This document shows positions 48,010 through 57,484 of a stretch of 64,000 nt of DNA, one piece after another. How positions within the stretch are numbered: position 1 is the stretch's first letter; every line of letters starts with the position of its first letter. The position numbers were made by a program, and so were the translations under genes. The stretch covers positions 884,795-948,794 of the forward strand of contig CAXXFF010000001.1 of the NCBI GenBank assembly GCA_963676835.2. Reading direction: 5' to 3'. This stretch comes from Marispirochaeta sp. (GTDB lineage: Bacteria; Spirochaetota; Spirochaetia; JC444; Marispirochaetaceae). The notes beneath the pieces were generated by a model. The model did not search any database, was not told the DNA's origin, and saw only the letters and a program-made list of their open reading frames with translations.

Positions 48010-50269
48010 CTCCTCCTGTAATCATTTCAACGGGCCAGGTAAACTCAAATTCCGATCCCTGCCCTGGCTCTGAACGTAGAACAACCTCACCGCCTTTCTT
48101 TTCGACAATCCGTTTTATCATGGCAAGACCCATACCGCTGCCTTCAACTTCGTCTCTGGACTTGAGGGTATGAAATATTTCAAATATCTTTTCGTGGTAC
48201 TCCAGAGGGATTCCGGGGCCATCATCTTTAACGGTAAAATTGTAAAAATCAGGGCCCCTGACAGCACTGAAAGAGATAGTGCCGTCCCTTGTACCGTGGT
48301 GTTTTACCGCATTTCCCAAAAGATTATTCAGAACCTGCCTGAAAGGTACCAGATCTGTCATGAAGACCGGCAGATTTTCAGCATGAAGGGAAAACCCCGA
48401 ATCGACATCGAGTAATTCCATTATCTCCCGAAACTCTTTCTCTACATCCACCTTGCTGATCTGAACCTCGGCACTCCCGATTCGGGCATATTCCAGAAGA
48501 TCGCTCAGCAGCCTGTCCATCCGCGAGATCCTGCCTTTTAGATTTGACAAATGCTCACTTATTTCGGGGGAAACACCCTCTCCCAGATCCTCTTCCATCC
48601 AGCCAGCTATGGTTTCGATCCCCCGCAAGGGCGAACGTAAATCGTGAGATGCTACATAGGCAAACTGTTCGAGCTCCTTATTTTTAACTTCAAGCTGCTG
48701 AAGATTATGCTGCCGTTCCGCTTCCAGCCTTTTTTGCCGCGTAATATCCTGCATCAGGCAAAGAACACTATCAGTCCCGCCAAAATCAATAGCGGCTGTG
48801 GAGATCATTACCCAGATATTCTTCTGCTCTTTTCGCTCAAGCTCAAATTCACACAAAACACAGGACGCATCTTTAAGAAGATCAGAAAACTCTATCCTTT
48901 TATCACCATCAAGAAGATACAGGGCCTCATTACGGTTCAAATCGTTATGATCAACTCCTGTGATGGTATAAAAAGCAGGATTGGAGAGACTGTATTCTGC
49001 GTTATGGGTGAATAAAATCATTCCAATGGGAGAATTATGTACAACCGCCTCAAACCGGGCTGACAGTTCTTTCTGCTCTGTAATATCCATGGCAATTCCA
49101 AGCAGTCCTACCGGGGTATTGCCATTGGTATAGATCGGAATTTTACTGGTAAGAACCCACCGTGTGCCCGAGCTGGTAACAAAGGGTTCCTCAATATTTA
49201 AGAGAGGTTCTCCACTTTCAAGTACTTTTCTGTCATCTTCCCAGTACTTACGGGCAAGATCAGGTTCATGATGATCAAACAGACTTGTACCGTTGATCTC
49301 TTCCTTCGTTTTACCGTAGCGTTCTGCGACTACCCGGTTTACCCGGATATAGTTATTTCTATTATCCTTGTAAAACACCAGGCCGGGGATATTATCTACG
49401 ATCATGTCCAGCTCTTCCAGGCTTTTCCTGGTTTGAATCGTCTGTTCTTCAAGCTCCACGGTCCGCAAAGCAACTTCTTTTTTTAACCGCTCTTCACTTT
49501 TTTCCTGGACCTTGCGATGCTCCAGAATCTCCTTACTCATACTATGTAAAGCATTGGCCAACCCTGCAATTTCATCACGGCCTCTGATAAGATTTTCAGG
49601 AATCATTGTTCCCTGACGAAAAGCTGCAAGGGAATCCTGAAGCATTCTCAGCCGCCGGGTCAGGGAGTTCCCAAGAATAAACGCCATAACAGATCCCGCA
49701 AGTATCGCAGCGATACCGACAAATACTGTCTCCTGAGTAACTTTCCACACGGCAGCCCGGGTACTGTGTTTAGACAGGGAAACCCGAATCCAACCGAGAA
49801 AAACCCCTTCAATTTGGACCGGCGCCGCATACTCTATAACTTCCCTGCTGTTGCGGAGAACAAGAGGAGAATTTACCTCCGTTTTCTCCGGCACGAGCAG
49901 AGACATACTGACAGGATCCACCATAAATTTCCCGACATTCCGACCCTTGAGGTCTCCAAGCACCTGCCCCAGGGAATCCACAATGTACACATCCTCGACA
50001 TCCGGCAGCTTGCCCGCCAGAATTAAAATGTTCTCAAGGGCAACCAGATCATGACCCATAAGCGGATGGCGAATACTCTCCACAAGCAGCAGAGTATAAT
50101 CCTCGGCCCGGTTCTCCAGTAAGGTCTCCAGAGAAGCCCTGTCCCGATGAATTACTTCCGCAACAAGTATCAGCGCAAGAAGTATATGTACCGAAACAAT
50201 CATAAGAATCAGTCGGTTTTTGAGAGATTTTACAGAAAGCTTCAAGGGCAGAGACATTCTCCTTACCAT
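47996..50269 (-). CDS. Membrane sensor histidine kinase (HAMP, 2 PAS, HisKA, HATPase)
   Basis: Two TMs, HAMP, PAS/PAC, FAYVASHDLRSPL, NLLGNAVKH, DDGPGI, GSGMGL. Confidence 0.92.
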   Translation of the reverse strand: MVRRMSLPLKLSVKSLKNRLILMIVSVHILLALILVAEVIHRDRASLETLLENRAEDYTLLLVESIRHPLMGHDLVALENILILAGKLPDVEDVYIVDSLGQVLGDLKGRNVGKFMVDPVSMSLLVPEKTEVNSPLVLRNSREVIEYAAPVQIEGVFLGWIRVSLSKHSTRAAVWKVTQETVFVGIAAILAGSVMAFILGNSLTRRLRMLQDSLAAFRQGTMIPENLIRGRDEIAGLANALHSMSKEILEHRKVQEKSEERLKKEVALRTVELEEQTIQTRKSLEELDMIVDNIPGLVFYKDNRNNYIRVNRVVAERYGKTKEEINGTSLFDHHEPDLARKYWEDDRKVLESGEPLLNIEEPFVTSSGTRWVLTSKIPIYTNGNTPVGLLGIAMDITEQKELSARFEAVVHNSPIGMILFTHNAEYSLSNPAFYTITGVDHNDLNRNEALYLLDGDKRIEFSDLLKDASCVLCEFELERKEQKNIWVMISTAAIDFGGTDSVLCLMQDITRQKRLEAERQHNLQQLEVKNKELEQFAYVASHDLRSPLRGIETIAGWMEEDLGEGVSPEISEHLSNLKGRISRMDRLLSDLLEYARIGSAEVQISKVDVEKEFREIMELLDVDSGFSLHAENLPVFMTDLVPFRQVLNNLLGNAVKHHGTRDGTISFSAVRGPDFYNFTVKDDGPGIPLEYHEKIFEIFHTLKSRDEVEGSGMGLAMIKRIVEKKGGEVVLRSEPGQGSEFEFTWPVEMITGGDDED

Positions 50270-51246
50270 TCCTCCCCCTCTGGAAAAATCCGATAATATT
50301 TGAAGAGAAAATCAGCAACAGGGTTAAAGGTCAGGTTATCTGCCGCTTCAAAGCCCTCATAGTTCATAGAGGCCAGTACCGCCCTGCCGTAAGCGTCTTC
50401 ATGGAGAGAAAACAGTATTGATTTAATTTTTTCCAAAACAAAGCCGGGGGTTTCAGATTTAGCAACAAGACCATTATTAACCAGCGGAGGAGTTTCAAAC
50501 ACTACCTCCAGCAGAGCTGCGGATTCCGGATGGGTTTCCTGATACAGCTCCCATGGAGGAGGCCAGGTTACCGCAATACCACTTACACCGCTTGCGAGGG
50601 ACATAATTGTAGATTCCTGATTACCGGTAAATACGGCATCAATATCTGTTCTAACATCAACACCGTTTTCAAAGAGAAAATAGCCGGGCATCATGCAGGC
50701 AGCCAGTGCTGTTTGTGCAGGAAAAGAGGCGGTAAGCCCGTAAAGCTGGTCAAAGCGCCTTATCCGGTCCGGCCTTCTTGCAAGAATGATTCCGCGAAAC
50801 TGCTGATCCCCCTTCACTTTACCGAATACTCTATAGCCGTATTCCAGAGATTTAAGAGTCTGCAGAGGATTGGGGAGCGAAATATCATAGCGGCCGGCAT
50901 AAAGCTGCTCTTCGTACTCTTCATAGGTGGGGGCCGTTTCGATACGGACTCTAAACTCACTGTTTTCAGCCAGCGCATTTATCCTGTCCATAATGGGAGC
51001 AAAAAGTTTAAATACCCTTTGTTCACTGAAAAGAGGATGGGTGCTGAAAATGTATACCTTTTCTTCATTTACGGGCTTGTCTGCGAATATGGGGGTATTG
51101 CTATCTGCGTGTTTGCCCTGACAACTTACAACAACCGCCAGGACGAGTATCAGAACTGAGAAATAGATCAGGCTGCACCCAGCCTTGAAGCTGATCAGAA
51201 AACAGACCTTAAGGTTCCGCCCCTGCTTACGATCCAAGGGTATCAT
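50263..51246 (-). CDS. PhnD/SsuA-type substrate-binding lipoprotein
   Basis: Lipobox VVSC; Y..Y...L..G.YD...NP, FRGIIL, ALAA.MMP pattern; overlaps the kinase start. Confidence 0.8.
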   Translation of the reverse strand: MIPLDRKQGRNLKVCFLISFKAGCSLIYFSVLILVLAVVVSCQGKHADSNTPIFADKPVNEEKVYIFSTHPLFSEQRVFKLFAPIMDRINALAENSEFRVRIETAPTYEEYEEQLYAGRYDISLPNPLQTLKSLEYGYRVFGKVKGDQQFRGIILARRPDRIRRFDQLYGLTASFPAQTALAACMMPGYFLFENGVDVRTDIDAVFTGNQESTIMSLASGVSGIAVTWPPPWELYQETHPESAALLEVVFETPPLVNNGLVAKSETPGFVLEKIKSILFSLHEDAYGRAVLASMNYEGFEAADNLTFNPVADFLFKYYRIFPEGEEW

Positions 51247-51296
51247 ACCTCAATTATATGAAAGGAAAATTGAGAATGCGAACCCGGTCTGATAAT

Positions 51297-52565
51297 TTAT
51301 CCGAAGCTGAACGCCTCAAAATGGACTGCACGACGATGTACGCCCAGAGAGCCCAGAGCATTTACCACAATCTTTCTTACCCCCGGAGAAGAGCAGAGAT
51401 AATAGGAATAGTCTTCCGGGGAACTGATAGTCTCTGAAAAGTAGTCCGCCGAATAGAGGGTTCCATCTTCTTCGTAGACCAGAAGATGCAGGTTAATATT
51501 CTCTGCACCTTCTACAGTTTTGAAAAAATCTTCTTTTTCCGGGATTTCATCCCGGTGGTTTACCGCAACAAAGAGTTCTACCGGTCGGGTATCCCCGGAG
51601 TTGACCATGTCCCGGACAATACTGATTAAGGGCACAATACCGATGCCTGAACCGATAAGACAAACCGCCTTCTCTTTGCCCGGCCGGAATCCCCCGAAGG
51701 CACCCCTGATCCAGGCTTTATCACCTGCCTTCAAATTAGCCAGGTGTCTGGTAAAATCCCCCAGGTCCCGAATCCCAAGGCTTATCACCCGGGGATCAAT
51801 TGAGAGGAAAGAAAAAGGATGTTCCTCTTTTTTGCCGCGATCATTAAGGCTGCCGAAAAAGGTAAACTGCCCGGGTTTGTACCTGACAGGCCGATCCGGC
51901 TGAAGGCGAAGGGTAAGAACCTCGCGGTTCTTTGTCACAGAGACAACAGTTACCGGAACCCTGAAGCGGGAAGTACCGGAAAGTAAAAAGAGTCCGAATG
52001 CTGCAGCAAACAGGCCGAAGTAAAGGAGCGACGAAACAGGGTTTACCTCCAGCATAATTCCTGTTGAAAACACATGCAGAAACATTAAAAGCCCGAGGGC
52101 CGGCACAATATACCGGTGGAGATTCTTGGATTTCTCATAATCCCCTTCCCGGCCGCCTTTGAAAATCTTCAAAAAAAGAGCTCGAATTTTTGAAAAAACC
52201 GGTACCGGAATCCACAAAACCGCCGCGCCGATCATACCAAAAAGAGAAATCCCCAGCAGCATAGTGACAGGATCAAGGGAATATCCCGCATAGAGTTTAA
52301 ACGCCGCATGATAGATAACCGCAGCAATGATTCCGAAGCTTGAAAGGATATGAAACTGGATACGTTTATCATAAGGAACATGCTTCTGCAGCATGGGTAG
52401 TTTTGATGCGATCAAGACGTTAGCCAGGAGCCAGTGGAGAAGCAGAATTGATGAAACGTAATTCAGGGCTTCCGGCAGGTTGAATCCGAGAAACATCCTG
52501 CCGGGGAGAAAAAAGGCGATCTGAACCGCCGGTAAGAAGATATACAAAATACTCAGCAGAATCAT
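51297..52565 (-). CDS. Ferric reductase-like transmembrane FAD/NAD(P)H oxidoreductase
   Basis: Two His pairs in TM helices (FHILS..IYH; LHRY..FLH), PGQF, HPFS, GDFT, IGSGIGIVP, YLC, HFEAF. Confidence 0.88.
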   Translation of the reverse strand: MILLSILYIFLPAVQIAFFLPGRMFLGFNLPEALNYVSSILLLHWLLANVLIASKLPMLQKHVPYDKRIQFHILSSFGIIAAVIYHAAFKLYAGYSLDPVTMLLGISLFGMIGAAVLWIPVPVFSKIRALFLKIFKGGREGDYEKSKNLHRYIVPALGLLMFLHVFSTGIMLEVNPVSSLLYFGLFAAAFGLFLLSGTSRFRVPVTVVSVTKNREVLTLRLQPDRPVRYKPGQFTFFGSLNDRGKKEEHPFSFLSIDPRVISLGIRDLGDFTRHLANLKAGDKAWIRGAFGGFRPGKEKAVCLIGSGIGIVPLISIVRDMVNSGDTRPVELFVAVNHRDEIPEKEDFFKTVEGAENINLHLLVYEEDGTLYSADYFSETISSPEDYSYYLCSSPGVRKIVVNALGSLGVHRRAVHFEAFSFG

Positions 52566-52578
52566 ACCGCCTCCCTGA

Positions 52579-53097
52579 TCAGTTCATCTCATTTATCATG
52601 GCCACCACTTTACTGAGCCATTCTTCATGCATTTGCCGCACCGGAGAGTTGCCGAACAGACCGCCGAAACCACCCTGCCACTTGGATGCGGCGGTAACTG
52701 CATCCACTCCGAGGGCACTTTCGGCTGCTGTCTGGTAGTGAACAGTAAAATCTTTACTTCCCTTCTGAAAAGAGATAAGAATGATCTGCGACTTATCAGG
52801 CCAGCTGGAAATAAAGGATTCCAGGGCAGGATCCACTCCGGAACTTATGCCGGTATTAAATACCAGAAGAGCATCAAAATCCGCCGGATTCACCGAATTC
52901 CCCGCCCTGACTGAAGTTATTGAAAAATCCCCGCCGGCCTTGGGCGCTTCGGTCTGAAAGAAATGATAGGCCTCCCGGTTTACCCCGGTAACCTCACTGA
53001 ATACTACAGCAACATTCCGGTTAGCTGCAAAGGCCGCCATACTGCTGAAAAAAAGAATCAAAACACTGAAATATAATATCTTTGAATGCCTGTTCAT
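52579..53097 (-). CDS. Secreted hypothetical protein, flavodoxin-like alpha/beta pattern
   Basis: Signal peptide (AAFA/A), alternating beta/alpha segments, VDAVTAAS; AGGAG SD. Confidence 0.6.
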   Translation of the reverse strand: MNRHSKILYFSVLILFFSSMAAFAANRNVAVVFSEVTGVNREAYHFFQTEAPKAGGDFSITSVRAGNSVNPADFDALLVFNTGISSGVDPALESFISSWPDKSQIILISFQKGSKDFTVHYQTAAESALGVDAVTAASKWQGGFGGLFGNSPVRQMHEEWLSKVVAMINEMN

Positions 53098-53147
53098 AAG
53101 TTACTCCTGAAAAGGATATATTTCTTGCTAAAATAGTCAACTTTAAA

Positions 53148-53690
53148 CTAGAAAGCAAGCTTCCATACAACTCCTGTACCCATAAGCACCACACCTGCCC
53201 CTCCGACAAAGGGATGAATATCTGTATCCGCAAGAAACGGCGCCGCAATCATAAGGGTACCACCGGAAATCCCAAGGATTGTGTGAATCAGGTTAGAATT
53301 CCATGCAGGCTCCGTTCCAATCTCATCATAATGAGCAGCGAAACCAAGCCCCAGTGTTGCAGCACTCATGGCGGCAGCGCCGGCCCCCAGAACCTTGTGG
53401 ATGTCATCTTCTGCAAGTGCAGGGTTAAAAATTCCCGCCGCAGCGCCCAAAGCAACCGCGCCATAGCCGAAATATTTATGAAGATCGCTCAACAGGGAGG
53501 CCTGCCCCAGCTCATCCATACCGCCAGCCCCGTCCAGGCCGAGAGATTCAATAGAATAGACAATCTGCGGATAGTCCATTGAAGACGAAGATGCCTCTTC
53601 CGCAAACAGCCCTGGTGTAGTAGTCAAAAACAGAGGAATTATGGCCAACAACAAGCGGAGTGAACGGATGGAGTGATATAGCTGTTTCAT
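53148..53690 (-). CDS. 4-TM membrane protein, possibly diheme cytochrome b561-like
   Basis: Signal peptide, then four TM helices each starting with His (LHKYFG, IHKVLG, IHTILG, IHPFVG). Confidence 0.55.
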   Translation of the reverse strand: MKQLYHSIRSLRLLLAIIPLFLTTTPGLFAEEASSSSMDYPQIVYSIESLGLDGAGGMDELGQASLLSDLHKYFGYGAVALGAAAGIFNPALAEDDIHKVLGAGAAAMSAATLGLGFAAHYDEIGTEPAWNSNLIHTILGISGGTLMIAAPFLADTDIHPFVGGAGVVLMGTGVVWKLAF

Positions 53691-53747
53691 AGACAAAAGT
53701 ATAGATCATACCTGACTAAAAAGAAAGGAATTGTAAAATTACATCAC

Positions 53748-53776
53748 AAAAAAAAAGGCGATCCACCCGGATCGCC
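53748..53776 (-). terminator. Intrinsic terminator
   Basis: GGCGATCC-gggt-GGATCGCC followed by 9 T on the minus strand. Confidence 0.92.
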
Positions 53777-53837
53777 CCCTGCATTAACAAAAAACTCCAC
53801 AACCGGTTTCCCTGCCGTAGAGCTCCTCCTTTTTGTT
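53748..53837 (-). ncRNA. Candidate ~90-nt small RNA
   Basis: TTGCTA-17-TAGGAT promoter (53872-53844), long stem (ATTAACAAAAA/TTTTTGTTAAT with an inner CTCTACGGC/GTTGTGGAG arm), intrinsic terminator, no usable ORF. Confidence 0.6.
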
Positions 53838-53885
53838 AATAAAATCCTAACACGGAAAATCCGGGTTAGCAACAAAAAGTTTCAG

Positions 53886-55784
53886 CTATTTTTTACCTTC
53901 AGGTAAAATGTTTACCACGTATAAAACATACTTTGCCCGGGTACAGCCCACATAAACCAGTTCGTTGGTTATGTTATGATGCTGCTTCCCGGGTTTGACA
54001 GTATAATCCAGCAGCAGGATCACAACATCCGACTCAAGCCCCTTGTACTGACTTACCGTACGGAAGCGTATCCCTTTGCTGGCGGTAGTAATATCCGGCT
54101 CCAGACGATGACCTGCAAGCATACTTGTATCCGCCAGCATGGATGCTTCATAACTTAGGTTGGAGAGAATGGTGATCATACTGCGGGTAAGATGGTGCTC
54201 CTCAATAAGGCTTGTGAGTGTATTTTCCAGGTATGTCATGGCACCCTTTCGGCTGTGAAAATCCCGTTCTTCCGGTTCTATCCCTCCGGTTTCCAGGGGC
54301 TCCGCGGTTACTCCCAGGCCGCTTTTTTTAACCGCAAAGGAGTGGATACTGGGGGTATTACGCAGATTGTTGCGCAGCCGGAAAATATAGTCTTCCAGAT
54401 TCTTTTCCGCCAGCAGGTTTACCACCGGCAGCTTTGAATCGGGCTGAAATATGGACTGATTATCATCGTAAAAGATATAGATTACCCGTTCATCCTGGTT
54501 GGTGAAAAAGAAGTTGATAATATCACACCATTTATCCTCAAAATCCTGGGCTTCATCAATAACGATGGCGTCAAAGGTGTCTTTAAGAATGTATTCGTGA
54601 AAGATAACTTCAAGAGCAGAAGGCAGCCGGTCGGAAAAGAAATCCCTGGCATCATCACAGGAAGATCCTGGAAGCAGAGTCTCCAGAACCTGGGTAAAGA
54701 CCTCATCGTCCAGCACCGGGTGCTGCCGGAAGAGGCCCCGAAGGTCCATTCCGCAGGGAACCTTGGATATCCAGCGCAGAAACTCCTGAAAGTCTGCAGC
54801 CGGATCAAAATAATCTCCATCGCCGGCGGTCTGATAGCAGCGATGCATGAAAGCGATAAACCGCTCCCGGGGGCTGCCTGTGCCTATCATAGCCTTGAGA
54901 AAGTCCGCCAATACCCGCAGGGCAAAGGTATGAAAGGTGTCCACCGTTACCCGGGAGAGCCCCTCAAGCTTCTGACTCAGCTCGTGCCGCAGGTTGGCTG
55001 AAAAACAGAGAAAGAGGACATGCTTCCCCTCTTCACAGAGGCGCATGGTCTTCTTGATGGCAAGCCAGGTCTTGCCCGTACCTGCAGCACCCTGAAAGGC
55101 CACCCTGCGTTTATCGTCAAACAGATTGAGCAGGTAGTCCTGAAAGTGATCGATAGTATCCAGCTCCTGCTCCTGACGGCGCATGGCAAAAAGCAGGGAC
55201 CGCCTGAGCACCAGGTTGCCCCGGAACAGGGCGAGAAACTGCTCTTCCTCCTCCCGGCTCATCCGCCACTCATCGTTGGGACGGATATAGGCGAACATCT
55301 CGTTTATCCAGTCGTTTATCCTGTCGATATTGCCGGCATGCATCACGTTGTGTTCATTCAGGTCCCGATGCCCGAGGTTGTCATGAATAACAGCCTCGGG
55401 AAAACAGACTCCCCAGGAAAAGATCCCCGGAAAGGAGAGATTGTAATGACTGAGGTAAAGATCCCTGAAGGCGTACTGGGCATACCTGGCCTGCTTGATC
55501 GGGTCCTTTATGCGGATCCTCTGGCCGAATCGGTTTACCGAAAACCAGGCGTTGTTGATATTCTCAATCCTGCCGCCTTTTACCTCCAGGGTAAGAAAAC
55601 CTTTTCCCCGCTGAAAGATTACAAAATCGCACTCTCCCCGCAAATTCCGGTTTCCCGTCCAGGTTACGTTATGAAAAACATGGAAGGAATCATCCAGCTG
55701 ACGCTGGAACTCCTCGAACATGAAGATTTCTGCGGAGGACTCGGTCATCTCTTTATCAAGCACCTCCGGATACATATGGGCCAT
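53886..55784 (-). CDS. NERD (PD-(D/E)xK) nuclease fused to SF1 (UvrD-like) helicase
   Basis: SSAE...GECDFV...LEVKGG; Walker A GAAGTGKT, IDEAQD, YDDNQSI, NLRNT, KGLESD, YVGCTRA. Confidence 0.9.
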   Translation of the reverse strand: MAHMYPEVLDKEMTESSAEIFMFEEFQRQLDDSFHVFHNVTWTGNRNLRGECDFVIFQRGKGFLTLEVKGGRIENINNAWFSVNRFGQRIRIKDPIKQARYAQYAFRDLYLSHYNLSFPGIFSWGVCFPEAVIHDNLGHRDLNEHNVMHAGNIDRINDWINEMFAYIRPNDEWRMSREEEEQFLALFRGNLVLRRSLLFAMRRQEQELDTIDHFQDYLLNLFDDKRRVAFQGAAGTGKTWLAIKKTMRLCEEGKHVLFLCFSANLRHELSQKLEGLSRVTVDTFHTFALRVLADFLKAMIGTGSPRERFIAFMHRCYQTAGDGDYFDPAADFQEFLRWISKVPCGMDLRGLFRQHPVLDDEVFTQVLETLLPGSSCDDARDFFSDRLPSALEVIFHEYILKDTFDAIVIDEAQDFEDKWCDIINFFFTNQDERVIYIFYDDNQSIFQPDSKLPVVNLLAEKNLEDYIFRLRNNLRNTPSIHSFAVKKSGLGVTAEPLETGGIEPEERDFHSRKGAMTYLENTLTSLIEEHHLTRSMITILSNLSYEASMLADTSMLAGHRLEPDITTASKGIRFRTVSQYKGLESDVVILLLDYTVKPGKQHHNITNELVYVGCTRAKYVLYVVNILPEGKK

Positions 55785-55790
55785 TAATAT

Positions 55791-56576
55791 TTACTCCTCA
55801 ACAACATGAACATGGGGAAAGGGTATCTCTATTCCGGCTTTTTCAAAGCCCTCCAGAAGCTCCCGGGTTACAGAATTCTTAACCTGAACATAGTCATTTC
55901 TGTCAAACCAGACCCCCAGCAGGATCTCAACCCCGGAGGATGAAAACTCGGTGAACATGATAAAGGGCTCAGGATTATTCAAAGCCAGGGGATTGGCTTT
56001 GACTATCGCCTTCAGCATGGCTTCCACCCCGCTCAGGTCTGTTCCGTAGGGAACCCTCAGGGAAAAATCCATCCGGCGTACCGGGAATCTGGTAATATTG
56101 GTTACCACAGAAGTTATAAGCTTCTGATGAGGTATGCGGATCAGGGTATTATCAAAGGTTCGAAGCCGTACCGCCAAAAGGTCAACGGCATGTACAATCC
56201 CCACGGTGGTATCCACCTTGATAACCTCCCCCACGGTGAAGGCTTTCTCGGAAACCAGAAACAGTCCGGCTATAATATTGCTCAAAGATGATTGTGATGC
56301 CACACCCACCGCAACTCCGGCTATTCCCGCTGCCCCTAAAAGACCGGTAACCTCAACACCCATCCGCTGCAGGGCTGTAATCAGAACAAAGAACAGAGCA
56401 CCGTACCATACCAGCTTACGGGCCCCGGTGCGGAACTGGGCAGATGCGGAGCGCAGAAATATCGAAACCAGGGGAATAAGCAGAATCCGAATGAGCAGTA
56501 TACCTACTACAAGTACCAGCAGGCCCTGCGCCATGGCCTGGTAATTCAGCTGTTCCAACAATTTCACAAACTGCAT
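55791..56576 (-). CDS. mscS: Small-conductance mechanosensitive channel
   Basis: Three TMs, GxAGVAVGVASQ..LSNIIAG, F.VGE.I, RTFDN..IRIP, GIEIPFP. Confidence 0.9.
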   Translation of the reverse strand: MQFVKLLEQLNYQAMAQGLLVLVVGILLIRILLIPLVSIFLRSASAQFRTGARKLVWYGALFFVLITALQRMGVEVTGLLGAAGIAGVAVGVASQSSLSNIIAGLFLVSEKAFTVGEVIKVDTTVGIVHAVDLLAVRLRTFDNTLIRIPHQKLITSVVTNITRFPVRRMDFSLRVPYGTDLSGVEAMLKAIVKANPLALNNPEPFIMFTEFSSSGVEILLGVWFDRNDYVQVKNSVTRELLEGFEKAGIEIPFPHVHVVEE

Positions 56577-56594
56577 GGGTAATCCTGTTTCTGC

Positions 56595-57425
56595 CTAACT
56601 GTAAGAGGTCAGACTCTTGAAAAAGTCGAAGCTCTTGCGAATCAGTTTACTATATCCCGGGATTTCCGGGGGCTGAATTTTTTCTATTCCCGTTCCATTC
56701 CTGCGGGTAAAGGAGAGAGAACTGCCGTTTTCTCCCCCCCGGAAGGCAAACACAATTCCGTCGGTGACAATTGTACCGTTTTCCAGATACAGCCCCAGGT
56801 ACTCAACCCTGATACAGATACGGCTGAAATCCAGAGTGCTGCCGGAAACGTTCTGAACCTTTATATCACACCGGGCACATGAAGGGGGCACGGCAATATC
56901 ACTTCCTCCATGATGAACCTCAAGGGGGGATGCATAGACGATTTCCCCCGTATCGGGGCTGCCGAAGAGAGTTTTTGAAAGCTGCATGGAAGGCAGCGAC
57001 AGCAGAGTCCTGCTGTTTTCCATGGTTTTCAGCCGCAGATTGAGGGGAATCAGCGTTACAAACTCCGCCGATTCGCCGTTGGGAATCAGAATCGGCTCCT
57101 TCGGTTGTGCAGCCAGGGGCCGGTCGGGGAGAATCAGATCAGCGGCGAGACTGTTCCCGGGGTCATCCACGTAATAGCGTGACCAGGTAAGCTCTTCAGG
57201 CTTTGAACTGCTGGTAAAGGAGATGCCCGAATCTGCACCGGGAAGAACGTCGGAGGAAGGATTCTGCATGTGCGCCGGTTCCGCAGCCAGGGACCAGCCG
57301 TTTTCCTGCCGGAGAATCCAGATCCGGCTATTTCCGAAGGAAAGGAGCTTTTCTTCCCGGGGAGGTGTTTCAAGACAGTTCCATCCACTGCCGCTGCCTG
57401 CGCCCTGTATTATCTGAAGTGCCAT
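56595..57425 (-). CDS. DUF432-like protein
   Basis: LPDRPL...P..PI.I, LSKTLFG.PD.GEIVY pattern; located next to mscS. Confidence 0.6.
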   Translation of the reverse strand: MALQIIQGAGSGSGWNCLETPPREEKLLSFGNSRIWILRQENGWSLAAEPAHMQNPSSDVLPGADSGISFTSSSKPEELTWSRYYVDDPGNSLAADLILPDRPLAAQPKEPILIPNGESAEFVTLIPLNLRLKTMENSRTLLSLPSMQLSKTLFGSPDTGEIVYASPLEVHHGGSDIAVPPSCARCDIKVQNVSGSTLDFSRICIRVEYLGLYLENGTIVTDGIVFAFRGGENGSSLSFTRRNGTGIEKIQPPEIPGYSKLIRKSFDFFKSLTSYS

Positions 57426-57484
57426 AAAAACAGTCTAAAGAAAAACTGGTAATTGCGCTATCCTTGACTGTATACTGTTTCTGC

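Noticed and set aside
53731..53749. TTGTAAA-N5-ATCACAA as a Rex or CRP/FNR box
   Set aside because: Spacing is 1 bp too long for either consensus
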